Of a stretch of DNA of 64,000 bases, positions 51,966 through 64,000 are shown piece by piece; position 1 is the first letter of the stretch, and each line of letters starts with the position of its first letter. Both the position numbers and the translations under genes were made by a program. The stretch is taken from the NCBI GenBank assembly GCA_964016885.1, contig OZ024744.1, forward strand, positions 18,290,001 through 18,354,000, given 5' to 3'. This DNA comes from Eledone cirrhosa (taxonomy: Eukaryota). The notes under the pieces are model-generated. The model was not told the DNA's origin. It made no database searches and saw nothing but the letters and a program-made list of their open reading frames with translations.

Positions 51966-54900
51966 GTGTTTCTGTATGTCTGTGTCACTGTGTATGTCAT
52001 TGCATCTCTGTGTATGTCTGTGTCACTCTGTATGTCACTGTGTGTTTCTGCATGTCTGTGTCACTGTGTATGTCAATGTGTGTTCCTGTATGTCTGTGTC
52101 ACTGTGTATGTCACTGTATGTTTCTGTATGTCTGTTTCACTGTGTATATCACTGTGTGTTTCTGTATGTCTGTGTCACTGTATATGTCACTGTATCTTTG
52201 TGTATGCCTGTGTCACTGTCTATGTCACTGTATGTTTCTGTATGTCTGTTTCACTGTGTATGTCACTGTATATTTGTTTATTTCTGTGTCACTCTGTATG
52301 TCACTGTGTGTTTCTGTATGTCTGTGTCACTATGTATGCCACTGTATGTTTGTGTTGTCTGTGTCATTGTGTATGTCACTGGGTGTTTCTGTATGTCTGT
52401 GTCACTGTGTATGACACTGTGTCTTTCTGTATGTATGTATCACTGTGTATGTCACTGTGTGTATCTGTATGTCTGTGTCACTGTGTAAGTCATTGTATCT
52501 TTGTGTATGTCTGTGGCACTCTGTATGTCGTTGTGTGTTTCTGTATGTATGTGTCTCTGTGTATGTCACTGTATATTTGTGTATGTATGTGTCACTGTGT
52601 ATGTCACTGTGAGTTTCTCTATGTCTGTGTCACTGTGTATGTCACTGTATGTCTCTGTATGTCTGTGTCACTGTCTATGTCACTGTATTTTTGTGTATGT
52701 CTGTGTCACTGTGTATGTCACAGTGTGTTTATGTATTTCTGTGTCTCTGTGTATGCCACTGTATCTTTGTGTATGTCTGCGTCACTGTGTATGTCACTGT
52801 GTGTTTCTGTATGTCTGTGTCACTGTGTATGTCACAATGTGTTTCTGTATATATGTGTCTCTGTGTATGTCACTGTATCTTTGTGTGTGTCTGTGTCACT
52901 GTATGTTTCTGTATGTCTGTGTCACTGTGTATGTCACCGTATGTGTGTGTATGTCTGTGTCACGGTGTGTCACTGTATCTTTGTGTATGCCTGTGTCACT
53001 GTGTATGTCACTGTGTGTTTCTGTATGTCTGTGTCACTGTGTATGTCACTGTATGTTTGTGTGTCTGTGTCACTGTGTATGTCAATGTCTCTGTGTGTTT
53101 CTGTATGTCTGTGTCTCTGTGTATGTCACTGTATCTTTGTGTATGTATGTGTCACTGTGTATGTCACTCTGTGTTTCTGTATGTCTGTGTCACTGTGTAT
53201 ATCACTGTGTGTTTCTGTATATCTGTGTCTCTGTGTATGTCACTGTATCTTTGTGTATGTTTGGGTCACTGTGTATGTCACTGTATATTTGTGTATGTCT
53301 GTGTCACGGTGTATATCACTGTATGTTTTTGTATGTCTGTGTCACTGTGTATGTCACTGTATGTTTTTGTATGTCTGTGTCACTGTGTATATCAATGTGT
53401 GTTTCTGTATCTCTGTGTCACGGTGTATGTCACTGCATGTTCGTGTATGTCTGTGTGACTGTGCATGTCACTGTGTGTTTCTGTATGGCTGTGTCACTGT
53501 GTATGTCACTGTATCTTTGTGTATGTCTGTGTCACTGTGTATGTCACAGTGTGTTTCTGTATGTCTGTGTCACTGTCTATGTCACTGTATGTTTCTGAAT
53601 GTCTGTGTCACTGTGTATGTCACTGTGTGTTTCTGTATGTATGTTGTCACGGTGTATGTCACTGTATGTTTGTGTGTGACCGTGTCACTGTGTATGTCAC
53701 TGTGTGTTTGTGTATGTATGTGCCACTGTATGTTTCTGTATGTCTGTGTCACTGTGTATGTCACTGTGTGTTTCTGTATGTCTGTGTCACTGTGTATGTC
53801 ATTGTATCTTTGTGTATGTCTGTGTCACTGTGTATGTCACTGTATGTTTCTGTAAGTTTGTGTCACTGTGTATGTCACTGTGTGTTTCTGTATGTCTGTG
53901 TCTCTGTGTATGTCACTGTATGTTTCTGTATGTCTGTGTCACTGTGTATGTCATTGCATCTTTGTGTATGTCTGTGTCACTCTGTATGTCACTGTGTGTT
54001 TCTGCATGTCTGTGTCACTGTGTATGTCAATGTGTGTTCCTGTATGTCTGTGTCACTGTGTATGTCACTGTATGTTTCTGTATGTCTGTTTCACTGTGTA
54101 TATCACTGTGTGTTTCTGTATGTCTGTGTCACTGTATATGTCACTGTATCTTTGTGTATGCCTGTGTCACTGTCTATGTCACTGTATGTTTCTGTATGTC
54201 TGTTTCACTGTGTATGTCACTGTATATTTGTTTATGTCTGTGTCACTCTGTATGTCACTGTGTGTTTCTGTATGTCTGTGTCACTATGTATGCCACTGTA
54301 TGTTCGTGTTGTCTGTGTCATTGTGTATGTCACTGGGTGTTTCTGTATGTCTGTGTCACTGTGTATGACACTGTGTCTTTCTGTATGTATGTATCACTGT
54401 GTATGTCACTGTGTGTATCTGTATGTCTGTGTCACTGTGTAAGTCATTGTATATTTGTGTATGTCTGTGGCACTCTGTATGTCGTTGTGTGTTTCTGTAT
54501 GTATGTGTCTCTGTGTATGTCACTGTATATTTGTGTATGTATGTGTCACTGTGTATGTCACTGTGAGTTTCTCTATGTCTGTGTCACTGTGTATGTCACT
54601 GTATGTCTCTGTATGTCTGTGTCACTGTCTATGTCACTGTATTTTTGTGTATGTCTGTGTCACTGTGTATGTCACAGTGTGTTTATGTATTTCTGTGTCT
54701 CTGTGTATGCCACTGTATCTTTGTGTATGTCTGCGTCACTGTGTATGTCACTGTGTGTTTCTGTATGTCTGTGTCACTGTGTATGTCACAATGTGTTTCT
54801 GTATATATGTGTCTCTGTGTATGTCACTGTATCTTTGTGTGTGTCTGTGTCACTGTATGTTTCTGTATGTCTGTGTCACTGTGTATGTCACCGTATGTGT

Positions 54901-55875
54901 GTGTATGTCTGTGTCACGGTGTATGTCACTGTATCTTTGTGTGTGTCTGTGTCACTGTGTATGTCACTGTGTGTTTCTGTATGTCTGTGTCACTGTGTAT
55001 GTCACTGTATGTTTGTGTGTCTGTGTCACTGTGTATGTCAATGTCTCTGTGTGTTTCTGTATGTCTGTGTCTCTGTGTATGTCACTGTATCTTTGTGTAT
55101 GTATGTGTCACTGTGTATGTCACTCTGTGTTTCTGTATGTCTGTGTCACTGTGTATATCACTGTGTGTTTCTGTATATCTGTGTCTCTGTGTATGTCACT
55201 GTATCTTTGTGTATGTTTGGGTCACTGTGTATGTCACTGTATATTTGTGTATGTCTGTGTCACGGTGTATATCACTGTATGTTTTTGTATGTCTGTGTCA
55301 CTGTGTATGTCACTGTATGTTTCTGTATGTCTGTGTCACTGTGTATATCAATGTGTGTTTCTGTATCTCTGTGTCACGGTGTATGTCACTGCATGTTCGT
55401 GTATGTCTGTGTGACTGTGTATGTCACTGTGTGTTTCTGTATGGCTGTGTCACTGTGTATGTCACTGTATCTTTGTGTATGTCTGTGTCATTGTGTATGT
55501 CACAGTGTGTTTCTGTATGTCTGTGTCACTGTCTATGTCACTGTATGTTTCTGAATGTCTGTGTCACTGTGTATGTCACTGTGTGTTTCTGTATGTCTGT
55601 GTCACGGTGTATGTCACTGTATGTTTGTGTGTGACCGTGTCACTGTGTATGTCACTGTGTGTTTGTGTATGTCTGTGCCACTGTATGTTTCTGTATGTCT
55701 GTGTCACTGTGTATGTCACTGTGTGTTTCTGTATGTCTGTGTCACTGTGTATGTCATTGTATCTTTGTGTATGTCTGTGTCACTGTGTATGTCACTGTAT
55801 GTTTCTGTAAGTTTGTGTCACTGTGTATGTCACTGTGTGTTTATGTATGTCTGTGTCTCTGTGTATGTCACTGTA
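51966..55875. repeat. Tandem duplication, period ~1954-1956 bp
   Basis: ORF offsets 1954 (52501/54455, 52649/54603), 1956 (53465/55421) and 1955 (53704/55659), explained by a 2-bp indel near 52968 and a 1-bp indel near 53645. Shared markers GTCACAATG and GCATGTTCGTG. Confidence 0.88.
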
Positions 55876-56580
55876 TGTTTCTGTATGTATGTGTCACTGT
55901 GTATGTCACTGTATGTTTCTGTATGTCTGTGTCACTGTGTATGTCACTGTATGTTTCTGTATGTCTGTGTCACTGTGTATGTCACTGTATGTTTCTGTAT
56001 GTCTGTGTCACTGTGTATGTCACTGTATCTTTGTGTATGTCTGTGTCCCTGTGTATGTCACTGTATGTTCTGTATGTTTGTGTCACTGTGTATGTCACTG
56101 TGTGTTTCTGTATGTCTGTGTCACTGTGTATGTCACTGTGTGTTTCTGTATGTCTGTGTGACTGTGTATGTCACTGTGTGTTTGTGTATGTCTGTGTCAC
56201 TGTATGTTTCTGTATGTCTGTGTCACTGTGTATGTCACTGTGTGTTTCTGTATGTATGTGTCACCGTGTATGTCACTGTATCTTTGTGTATGCCTGTATC
56301 ACTGTGTATGTCACTGTGTGTTTCTGTATGTTTGTGTCACTGTGTATGTCACTAAATGTTTGTGTGTGTCTGTGTCTCTGTGTATGTCACTGTGTGTTTG
56401 CGTGTGTCTGTGTCACTGTGTATGTCACTGTGTGTTTCTGTATGTCTGTGTGACTGTGTATGTCACTGTTTGTTTGTGTATGTCTGTGTCACTGTGTGTG
56501 TTTATGTATGTCTGTGTCACTGTGTATGTCATTGCATCTTTGTGTATGTCTGTCTCACTCTGTATGTCACTGTGTGTTTC

Positions 56581-59500
56581 TGCATGTCTTTGTCACTGTG
56601 TATGTCACTGTGTGTTTCTGTATGTCTGTGTCACGGTGTATGTCACTGTATGTTTGTGTATGACTGTGTCACTGTGTATGTCACTGTGTGTTTGTGTATG
56701 TCTGTGTCACTGTATGTTTCTGTATGTCTGTGTCACTGTGTATGTCACTGTGTGTTTCTGTATGTCTGTGTCACTGTGTATGTCATTGTATCTTTGTGTA
56801 TGTCTGTGTCACTGTGTATGTCACTGTATGCTTCTGTAAGATTGTGTCACTGTGTATGTCACTGTGTGTTTCTGTATGTCTGTGTCTCTGTGTATGTCAC
56901 TGTATGTTTCTGTATGTCTGTTTCACTGTGTATGTCACTGTGTCTTTATGTATGTCTGTGTCACTCTGTATGTCACTGTATATTTCTGTATGTCTGTGTC
57001 ACTGTGTATATCACTGTATGTTTCTGTATGTCTGTGTCACTGTGTATGTCACTGTGTGTTTCTGTATGGCTGTGTCACTGTGTATGTCACTGTATCTTTG
57101 TGTATGTCTGTGTCACTGTGTATGTCACAGTGTGTTTCTGTATGTCTGTGTCACTGTCTATGTCACTGTATGTTTCTGAATGTCTGTGTCAGTGTGTATG
57201 TCACTGTGTGTTTGTGTATGTCTGTGTCACTGTATGTTTCTGTATGTCTGTGTCACTGTGTATGTCACTGTGTGTTTCTGTATGTCTGTGTCACTGTGTA
57301 TGACATTGTATCTTTGTGTATGTATGTGTCACTGTGTATGTCACTGTATGTTTCTGTATGTTTGTGTCACTGTGTATGTCACTGTGTGTTTCTGTATGTT
57401 TGTGTCTCTGTGTATGTCACTGTATGTTTCTGTATGTCTGTTTCACTGTGTATGTCACTGTGTCTTTATGTATGTCTGTGTCACTCTGTATGTCACTGTA
57501 TATTTCTGTATGTCTGTGTCACTGTGTATGTCACTGTATGTTTCTGTATGTCTGTGTCACTGTGTATGTCACTGTATGCTTCTGTATGTCTGTGTCACTG
57601 TGTGTGTCACTGTATCTTTGTGTATGTCTGTGTCCCTGTGTATGTCACTGTATGTTTCTGTATGTTTGTGTCACTGTGTATGTCACTGTGTGTTTCTGTA
57701 TGTCTGTGTCACTGTGTATGTCACTGTGTGTTTCTGTATGTTTGTGTCACTGTGTATGTCACTAAATGTTTGTGTGTGTCTGTGTCTCTGTGTATGTCAC
57801 TGTTTGTTTGCGTGTGTCTGTGTCACTGTGTATGTCACTGTGTGTTTCTGTATGTCTGTGTGACTGTCTATGTCACTGTGTGTTTCTGTATGTTTGTGTC
57901 ACTGTGTATGTCACTAAATGTTTGTGTGTGTCTGTGTCTCTGTGTATGTCACTGTTTGTTTGCGTGTGTCTGTGTCACTGTGTATGTCACTGTATGTTTC
58001 TGTATGTCTGTGTCACTTTGTATGTCACTGTGTGTTTCTGTATGTATGTGTCACCGTGTATGTCACTGTATCTTTGTGTATGCCTGTGTCACTGTGTATG
58101 TCACTGTGTGTTTCTGTATGTTTGTGTCACTGTGTATGTCACTAAATGTGTGTGTGTGTCTGTGTCACTGTGTATGTCACTGTGTGTTTCTGTATGTCTG
58201 TGTGACTGTGTATGTCACTGTTTGTTTGTGTATGTCTGTGTCACTGTGTGTGTTTCTGTATGTCTGTGTCACTGTGTATGTCATTGCATATTTGTGTATG
58301 TCTGTCTCACTGTGTATGTCACTGTGTGTTTCTGCATGTCTGTGTCACTGTGTATGTCACTGTGTGTTTCTGTATGTCTGTGTCACTGTGTATATCACTG
58401 TATGTTTCTGTATGTCTCTTTCACTGTGTATATCACTGTGTGTTTCTGTATGTCTGTGTCACTGTATATGTCACTGTATCTTTGTGTATGCCTGTGTCAC
58501 TGTCTATGTCACTGTATGTTTCTGTATGTCTGTTTCACTGTGTATGTCACTGTATATTTGTGTATGTCTGTGTCACTCTGTATGTCACTGTGTGTTTATG
58601 CATGTCTTTGTCACTGTGTATGTCACTGTGTGTTTCTGTATGTCTGTGTCACGGTGTATGTCACTGTATGTTTGTGTATGACTGTGTCACTGTGTATGTC
58701 ACTGTGTGTTTGTGTATGTCTGTGTCACTGTATGTTTCTGTATGTCTGTGTCACTGTGTATGTCACTGTGTGTTTCTGTATGTCTGTGTCACTGTGTATG
58801 TCATTGTATCTTTGTGTATGTCTGTGTCACTGTGTATGTCACTGTATGCTTCTGTAAGATTGTGTCACTGTGTATGTCACTGTGTGTTTCTGTATGTCTG
58901 TGTCTCTGTGTATGTCACTGTATGTTTCTGTATGTCTGTTTCACTGTGTATGTCACTGTGTCTTTATGTATGTCTGTGTCACTCTGTATGTCACTGTATA
59001 TTTCTGTATGTCTGTGTCACTGTGTATATCACTGTATGTTTCTGTATGTCTGTGTCACTGTGTATGTCACTGTGTGTTTCTGTATGGCTGTGTCACTGTG
59101 TATGTCACTGTATCTTTGTGTATGTCTGTGTCACTGTGTATGTCACAGTGTGTTTCTGTATGTCTGTGTCACTGTCTATGTCACTGTATGTTTCTGAATG
59201 TCTGTGTCAGTGTGTATGTCACTGTGTGTTTGTGTATGTCTGTGTCACTGTATGTTTCTGTATGTCTGTGTCACTGTGTATGTCACTGTGTGTTTCTGTA
59301 TGTCTGTGTCACTGTGTATGACATTGTATCTTTGTGTATGTATGTGTCACTGTGTATGTCACTGTATGTTTCTGTATGTTTGTGTCACTGTGTATGTCAC
59401 TGTGTGTTTCTGTATGTTTGTGTCTCTGTGTATGTCACTGTATGTTTCTGTATGTCTGTTTCACTGTGTATGTCACTGTGTCTTTATGTATGTCTGTGTC

Positions 59501-60616
59501 ACTCTGTATGTCACTGTATATTTCTGTATGTCTGTGTCACTGTGTATGTCACTGTATGTTTCTGTATGTCTGTGTCACTGTGTATGTCACTGTATGCTTC
59601 TGTATGTCTGTGTCACTGTGTGTGTCACTGTATCTTTGTGTATGTCTGTGTCCCTGTGTATGTCACTGTATGTTTCTGTATGTTTGTGTCACTGTGTATG
59701 TCACTGTGTGTTTCTGTATGTCTGTGTCACTGTGTATGTCACTGTGTGTTTCTGTATGTTTGTGTCACTGTGTATGTCACTAAATGTTTGTGTGTGTCTG
59801 TGTCTCTGTGTATGTCACTGTTTGTTTGCGTGTGTCTGTGTCACTGTGTATGTCACTGTGTGTTTCTGTATGTCTGTGTGACTGTCTATGTCACTGTGTG
59901 TTTCTGTATGTTTGTGTCACTGTGTATGTCACTAAATGTTTGTGTGTGTCTGTGTCTCTGTGTATGTCACTGTTTGTTTGCGTGTGTCTGTGTCACTGTG
60001 TATGTCACTGTATGTTTCTGTATGTCTGTGTCACTTTGTATGTCACTGTGTGTTTCTGTATGTATGTGTCACCGTGTATGTCACTGTATCTTTGTGTATG
60101 CCTGTGTCACTGTGTATGTCACTGTGTGTTTCTGTATGTTTGTGTCACTGTGTATGTCACTAAATGTTTGTGTGTGTCTGTGTCACTGTGTATGTCACTG
60201 TGTGTTTCTGTATGTCTGTGTGACTGTGTATGTCACTGTTTGTTTGTGTATGTCTGTGTCACTGTGTGTGTTTCTGTATGTCTGTGTCACTGTGTATGTC
60301 ATTGCATATTTGTGTATGTCTGTCTCACTGTGTATGTCACTGTGTGTTTCTGCATGTCTGTGTCACTGTGTATGTCACTGTGTGTTTCTGTATGTCTGTG
60401 TCACTGTGTATATCACTGTATGTTTCTGTATGTCTCTTTCACTGTGTATATCACTGTGTGTTTCTGTATGTCTGTGTCACTGTATATGTCACTGTATCTT
60501 TGTGTATGCCTGTGTCACTGTCTATGTCACTGTATGTTTCTGTATGTCTGTTTCACTGTGTATGTCACTGTATATTTGTGTATGTCTGTGTCACTCTGTA
60601 TGTCACTGTGTGTTTC
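56581..60616. repeat. Near-perfect tandem duplication, period 2018 bp (junction 58573-58600), each copy with an internal 152-bp (4-monomer) duplication
   Basis: ORF offsets 2018 (56688/58706, 56852/58870, 57180/59198, 57766/59784, 58212/60230). Marker GCTTCTGTAAGATTG near 56830 and 58848. 152-bp offsets at 57766/57918, 59784/59936 and 62569/62721. Confidence 0.92.
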
Positions 60617-60899
60617 TGTATGTCTGTGTCACTATGTATGCCACTGTATATTTGTGCTGTCTGTGTCATTGTGTATGTCACTGTATGTTTCTGTATGTCT
60701 GTTTCACTGTGTATGACACTGTGTCTTTCTGTATGTATGTATCACTGTGTATGTCACTGTGTGTATCTGTATGTCGGTGTCACTGTGTAAGTCATTGTAT
60801 CTTTGTGTATGTCTGTGGCACTCTGTATGTCGTTGTGTGTTTCTGTATGTATGTGTCTCTGTGTATGTCACTGTATATTTGTGTATGTATGTGTCACTG

Positions 60900-63800
60900 T
60901 GTATGTCACTGTGAGTTTCTCTATGTCTGTGTCACTGTGTATGTCAATGTATGTCTCTGTATGTCTGTGTCACTGTCTATGTCACTGTATCTTTGTGTAT
61001 GTCTGTGTCACTGTGTATGTCACTGTGTGTTTATGTATGTCTGTGTCACTGTGTATGTCACAGTTTGTTTCTGTATGTCTGTGTCACTGTGTATGTCACT
61101 GTTTGTTTCTGTATGTATGTGTCACTGTGTATGTCACCGTATGTGTGTGTATGTCTGTGTCACGGTGTATGTCACTGTATCTTAGTGTATGCCTGTGTCA
61201 CTGTGTATGTCACTGTGAGTTTCTGTATGTCTGTGTCTCTGTGTATGTTACTGTATCTTTGTGCATGTATGTGTCACTGTGTATGTCACTGTATGTTTCT
61301 GTATGTCTGTGTCACTGTGTATATCACTGTGTGTTTCTGTATATCTGTGTCTCTGTGTATGTCACTGTATCTTTGTGTATGTCTGGGTCACTGTGTATGT
61401 CACTGTATATTTGTGTATGTCTGTGTCACGGTGTATATCACTGTATGTTTGTGTATGTCTGTGTCACTGTGTATGTCACTGTGTGTTTCTGTATGTCTGT
61501 GTCACTGTCTATATCAATGTGTGTTTCTGTATCTCTGTGTCACGGTGTATGTCACTGCATGTTTGTGTATGTCTGTGTGACTGTGTATGTCACTGTGTGT
61601 TTCTGTATGGCTGTGTCACTGTGTATGTCACTGTATCTTTGTGTATGTCTGTGTCACTGTGTATGTCACAGTGTGTTTCTGTATGTCTGTGTCACTGTAT
61701 ATGTCACTGTATGTTTCTGAATGTCTGTGTCACTGTGTATGTCACTGTGTGTTTCTGTATGTCTGTGTCACGGTGTATGTCACTGTATGTTTGTGTGTGA
61801 CTCTGTCACTGTGTGTTTGTGTATGTCTGTGTCACTGTAAGTTTCTGTATGTCTGTGTCACTGTGTATGTCACTGTGTGTTTCTGGATGTCTGTGTCACT
61901 GTGTATGTCATTGTATCTTTGTGTATGTCTGTGTCACTGTGTATGTCACTGTATGTTTCTGTAAGTTTGTGTCACTGTGTATGTCACTGTGTGTTTCTGT
62001 ATGTCTGTGTCTCTGTGTATGTCACTGTATGTTTCTGTATGTCTGTTTCACTGTGTATGTCACTGTGTCTTTATGTATGTCTGTGTCACTCTGTATGTCA
62101 CTGTATATTTCTGTATGTCTGTGTCACTGTGTATATCACTGTATGTTTCTGTATGTCTGTGTCACTGTGTATGTCACTGTGTGTTTCTGTATGGCTGTGT
62201 CACTGTGTATGTCACTGTATCTTTCTGTATGTCTGTGTCACTGTGTATGTCACAGTGTGTTTGTGTATGTCTGTGTCACTGTCTATGTCACTGTATGTTT
62301 CTGAATGTCTGTGTCACTGTGTATGTCACTGTGTGTTTGTGTATGTCTGTGTCACTGTATGTTTCTGTATGTCTGTGTCACTGTGTATGTCACTGTATGC
62401 TTCTGTATGTCTGTGTCACTGTGTAAGTCATTGTATCTTTGTGTATGTCACTGTATGTTTCTGTATGTTTGTGTCACTGTGTATGTCACTGTGTGTTTCT
62501 GTATGTCTGTGTCACTGTGTATGTCACTGTGTGTTTCTGTATGTTTGTGTCACTGTGTATGTCACTAAATGTTTGTGTGTGTCTGTGTCTCTGTGTATGT
62601 CACTGTTTGTTTGCGTGTGTCTGTGTCACTGTGTATGTCACTGTGTGTTTCTGTATGTCTGTGTGACTGTCTATGTCACTGTGTGTTTCTGTATGTTTGT
62701 GTCACTGTGTATGTCACTAAATGTTTGTGTGTGTCTGTGTCTCTGTGTATGTCACTGTTTGTTTGCGTGTGTCTGTGTCACTGTGTATGTCACTGTATGT
62801 TTCTGTATGTCTGTGTCACTTTGTATGTCACTGTGTGTTTCTGTATGTATGTGTCACCGTGTATGTCACTGTATCTTTGTGTATGCCTGTGTCACTGTGT
62901 ATGTCACTGTGTGTTTCTGTATGTCTGTGTCACTGTGTATGTCACTGTGCGTTTCTGTATGTCTGTGTGACTGTGTATGTCACTGTTTGTTTGTGTATGT
63001 CTGTGTCACTGTGTGTGTTTCTGTATGTCTGTGTCACTGTGTATGTCATTGCATCTTTGTGTATGTCTGTCTCACTGTGTATGTCACTGTGTGTTTCTGC
63101 ATGTCTGTGTCACTGTGTATGTCACTGTGTGTTTCTGTATGTCTGTGTCACTGTGTATGTCACTGTATGTTTCTGTATGTCTCTTTCAGTGTGTATATCA
63201 CTGTGTGTTTCTGTATGTCTGTGTCACTGTATATGTCGCTGTATCTTTGTGTATGCCTGTGTCACTGTCTATGTCACTGTATGTTTCTGTATGTCTGTTT
63301 CACTGTGTATGTCACTGTATATTTGTGTATGTCTGTGTCACTCTGTATGTCACTGTGAGTTTCTCTATGTCTGTGTCACTGTGTATGTCACTGTATGTCT
63401 CTGTATGTCTGTGTCACTGTCTATGTCACTGTATCTTTGTGTATGTCTGTGTCACTGTGTATGTCACTGTGTGTTTCTGTATGTCTGTGTCACTGTGTAT
63501 GTCACAGTTTGTTTCTGTATATATGTGTCTCTGTGTATGTCACTGTAGTTTTGTGTATGTCTGTGTCACTGTGTGTTTCTGTATGTCTGTGTCACTGTGT
63601 ATGTCACTGTTTGTTTCTGTATGTATGTGTCACTGTGTATGTCACCGTATGTGTGTGTATGTCTGTGTCACGGTGTATGTCACTGTATCTTAGTGTATGC
63701 CTGTGTCACTGTGTATGTCACTGTGAGTTTCTGTATGTCTGTGTCTCTGTGTATGTCACTGTATCTTTGTGCATGTATGTGTCACTGTGTATGTCACTGT

Positions 63801-64000
63801 ATGTTTCTGTATGTCTGTGTCACTGTGTATATCACTGTGTGTTTCTGTATATCTGTGTCTCTGTGTATGTCACTGTATCTTTGTGTATGTCTGGGTCACT
63901 GTGTATGTCACTGTATATTTGTGTATGTATGTGACACGGTGTATATCACTGTATGTTTGTGTATGTCTGTGTCACTGTGTATGTCACTGTGTGTTTCTGT
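60900..64000. repeat. Rearranged copies of neighbouring blocks; 2508-bp offset repeat running off the window end
   Basis: Private marker ATCTTAGTG (A at 61184 and 63692, offset 2508). The 61.8-63.3 kb segment matches 56.7-58.6 kb with deletions (offsets 5125 and 4803). Confidence 0.78.

Larger units (their letters stand above)
18500..56000. repeat. Array domain II: ~3-kb higher-order repeat made of related A and B sub-blocks
   Basis: Markers GTGTTATCTG, CACTATGTAAG, GTCTTTATG and GTGAGTTTATG first appear after ~18.6 kb. The landmark GTAAGTCATT occurs as type B (19254, 23435, 25327, 28478, 30370, 33515, 37577, 39300, 42120, 43843, 46483, 50103, 51434) or type A (21300, 26343, 31462, 34644, 40192, 44735, 47536, 52487, 54441). 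Boundaries approximate. Confidence 0.7.
1..64000. repeat. Tandem satellite/minisatellite array, 38-bp GT-rich monomer (GTCACTGTGTATGTCACTGTGTGTTTCTGTATGTCTGT), ~1,700 head-to-tail copies, extends beyond both window ends
   Basis: Consensus read directly, e.g. 542-579. GTCAC recurs at alternating 12/26-bp spacing throughout. Consensus composition is 18 T, 10 G, 6 C, 4 A. Length variants of 26, 28, 36, 37 and 44 bp occur. No non-repeat segment or strand switch seen. Copy number is 64000/38, approximate. Confidence 0.99.

Noticed and set aside
11982-53764. Short minus-strand Thr/His/Gln-rich ORFs (60-79 aa)
   Set aside because: They appear only where variants remove the TCA (minus-strand TGA) in a few consecutive monomers.
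106-63934. Long overlapping + strand ORFs (up to 1222 aa) rich in Cys, Val and His, resembling metallothionein or zinc-binding proteins
   Set aside because: All three frames are open at once and give the same 38-aa repeat (3 x 38 nt) because the consensus has no TAA/TAG/TGA on +. Stops come from sporadic variants, indels ignore frame, and there is no unique domain.
1-64000. CRISPR-like array (repeat length in CRISPR range)
   Set aside because: No unique spacers, since the variable part is a few alleles of one sequence. No leader or cas genes are present.
1-64000. Telomeric repeat, G-quadruplex, pUG fold or extended Z-DNA
   Set aside because: No G-tracts (GGG is rare) and no known telomere unit. 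The conserved alternating base is T rather than G, and purine-pyrimidine alternation breaks about every 10 bp.
1-64000. Assignment to a named satellite family, organism, or centromeric/subtelomeric location
   Set aside because: I do not recognise the monomer with confidence and there is no flanking unique sequence. A Dfam/Repbase/BLAST search of the consensus is needed.

Overview
The whole 64 kb window is one uninterrupted, single-orientation tandem array (satellite/minisatellite DNA) of a 38-bp GT-rich monomer, consensus GTCACTGTGTATGTCACTGTGTGTTTCTGTATGTCTGT (exact copy at 542-579), about 1,700 copies. I saw no unique sequence, inversion, gene, RNA gene, transposon body or CRISPR array, and both window ends lie inside the array. 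The long + strand ORFs are artefacts: the consensus has no + strand stop codon, and all three frames give the same 38-aa Cys/Val-rich repeat. Diagnostic variant monomers reveal a layered higher-order structure: old ~1-3 kb blocks with A/B subtypes, two regional marker sets, and recent near-identical tandem duplications of 5043, 4543, 2018, ~1954 and 1723 bp. The most striking observation is that on the minus strand the monomer parses exactly as a V(D)J recombination-signal-like unit (CACAGTG + 22 bp + ACAGAAACA), and the second commonest monomer class gives CACAGTG + 12 bp + ACAAA-type nonamer. This may be coincidence in a CA-rich repeat but is testable. Two duplication breakpoints also carry a private point mutation. 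The host is probably a eukaryote but cannot be identified from this sequence. All comparisons were made by eye, so counts of differences are minimum estimates.
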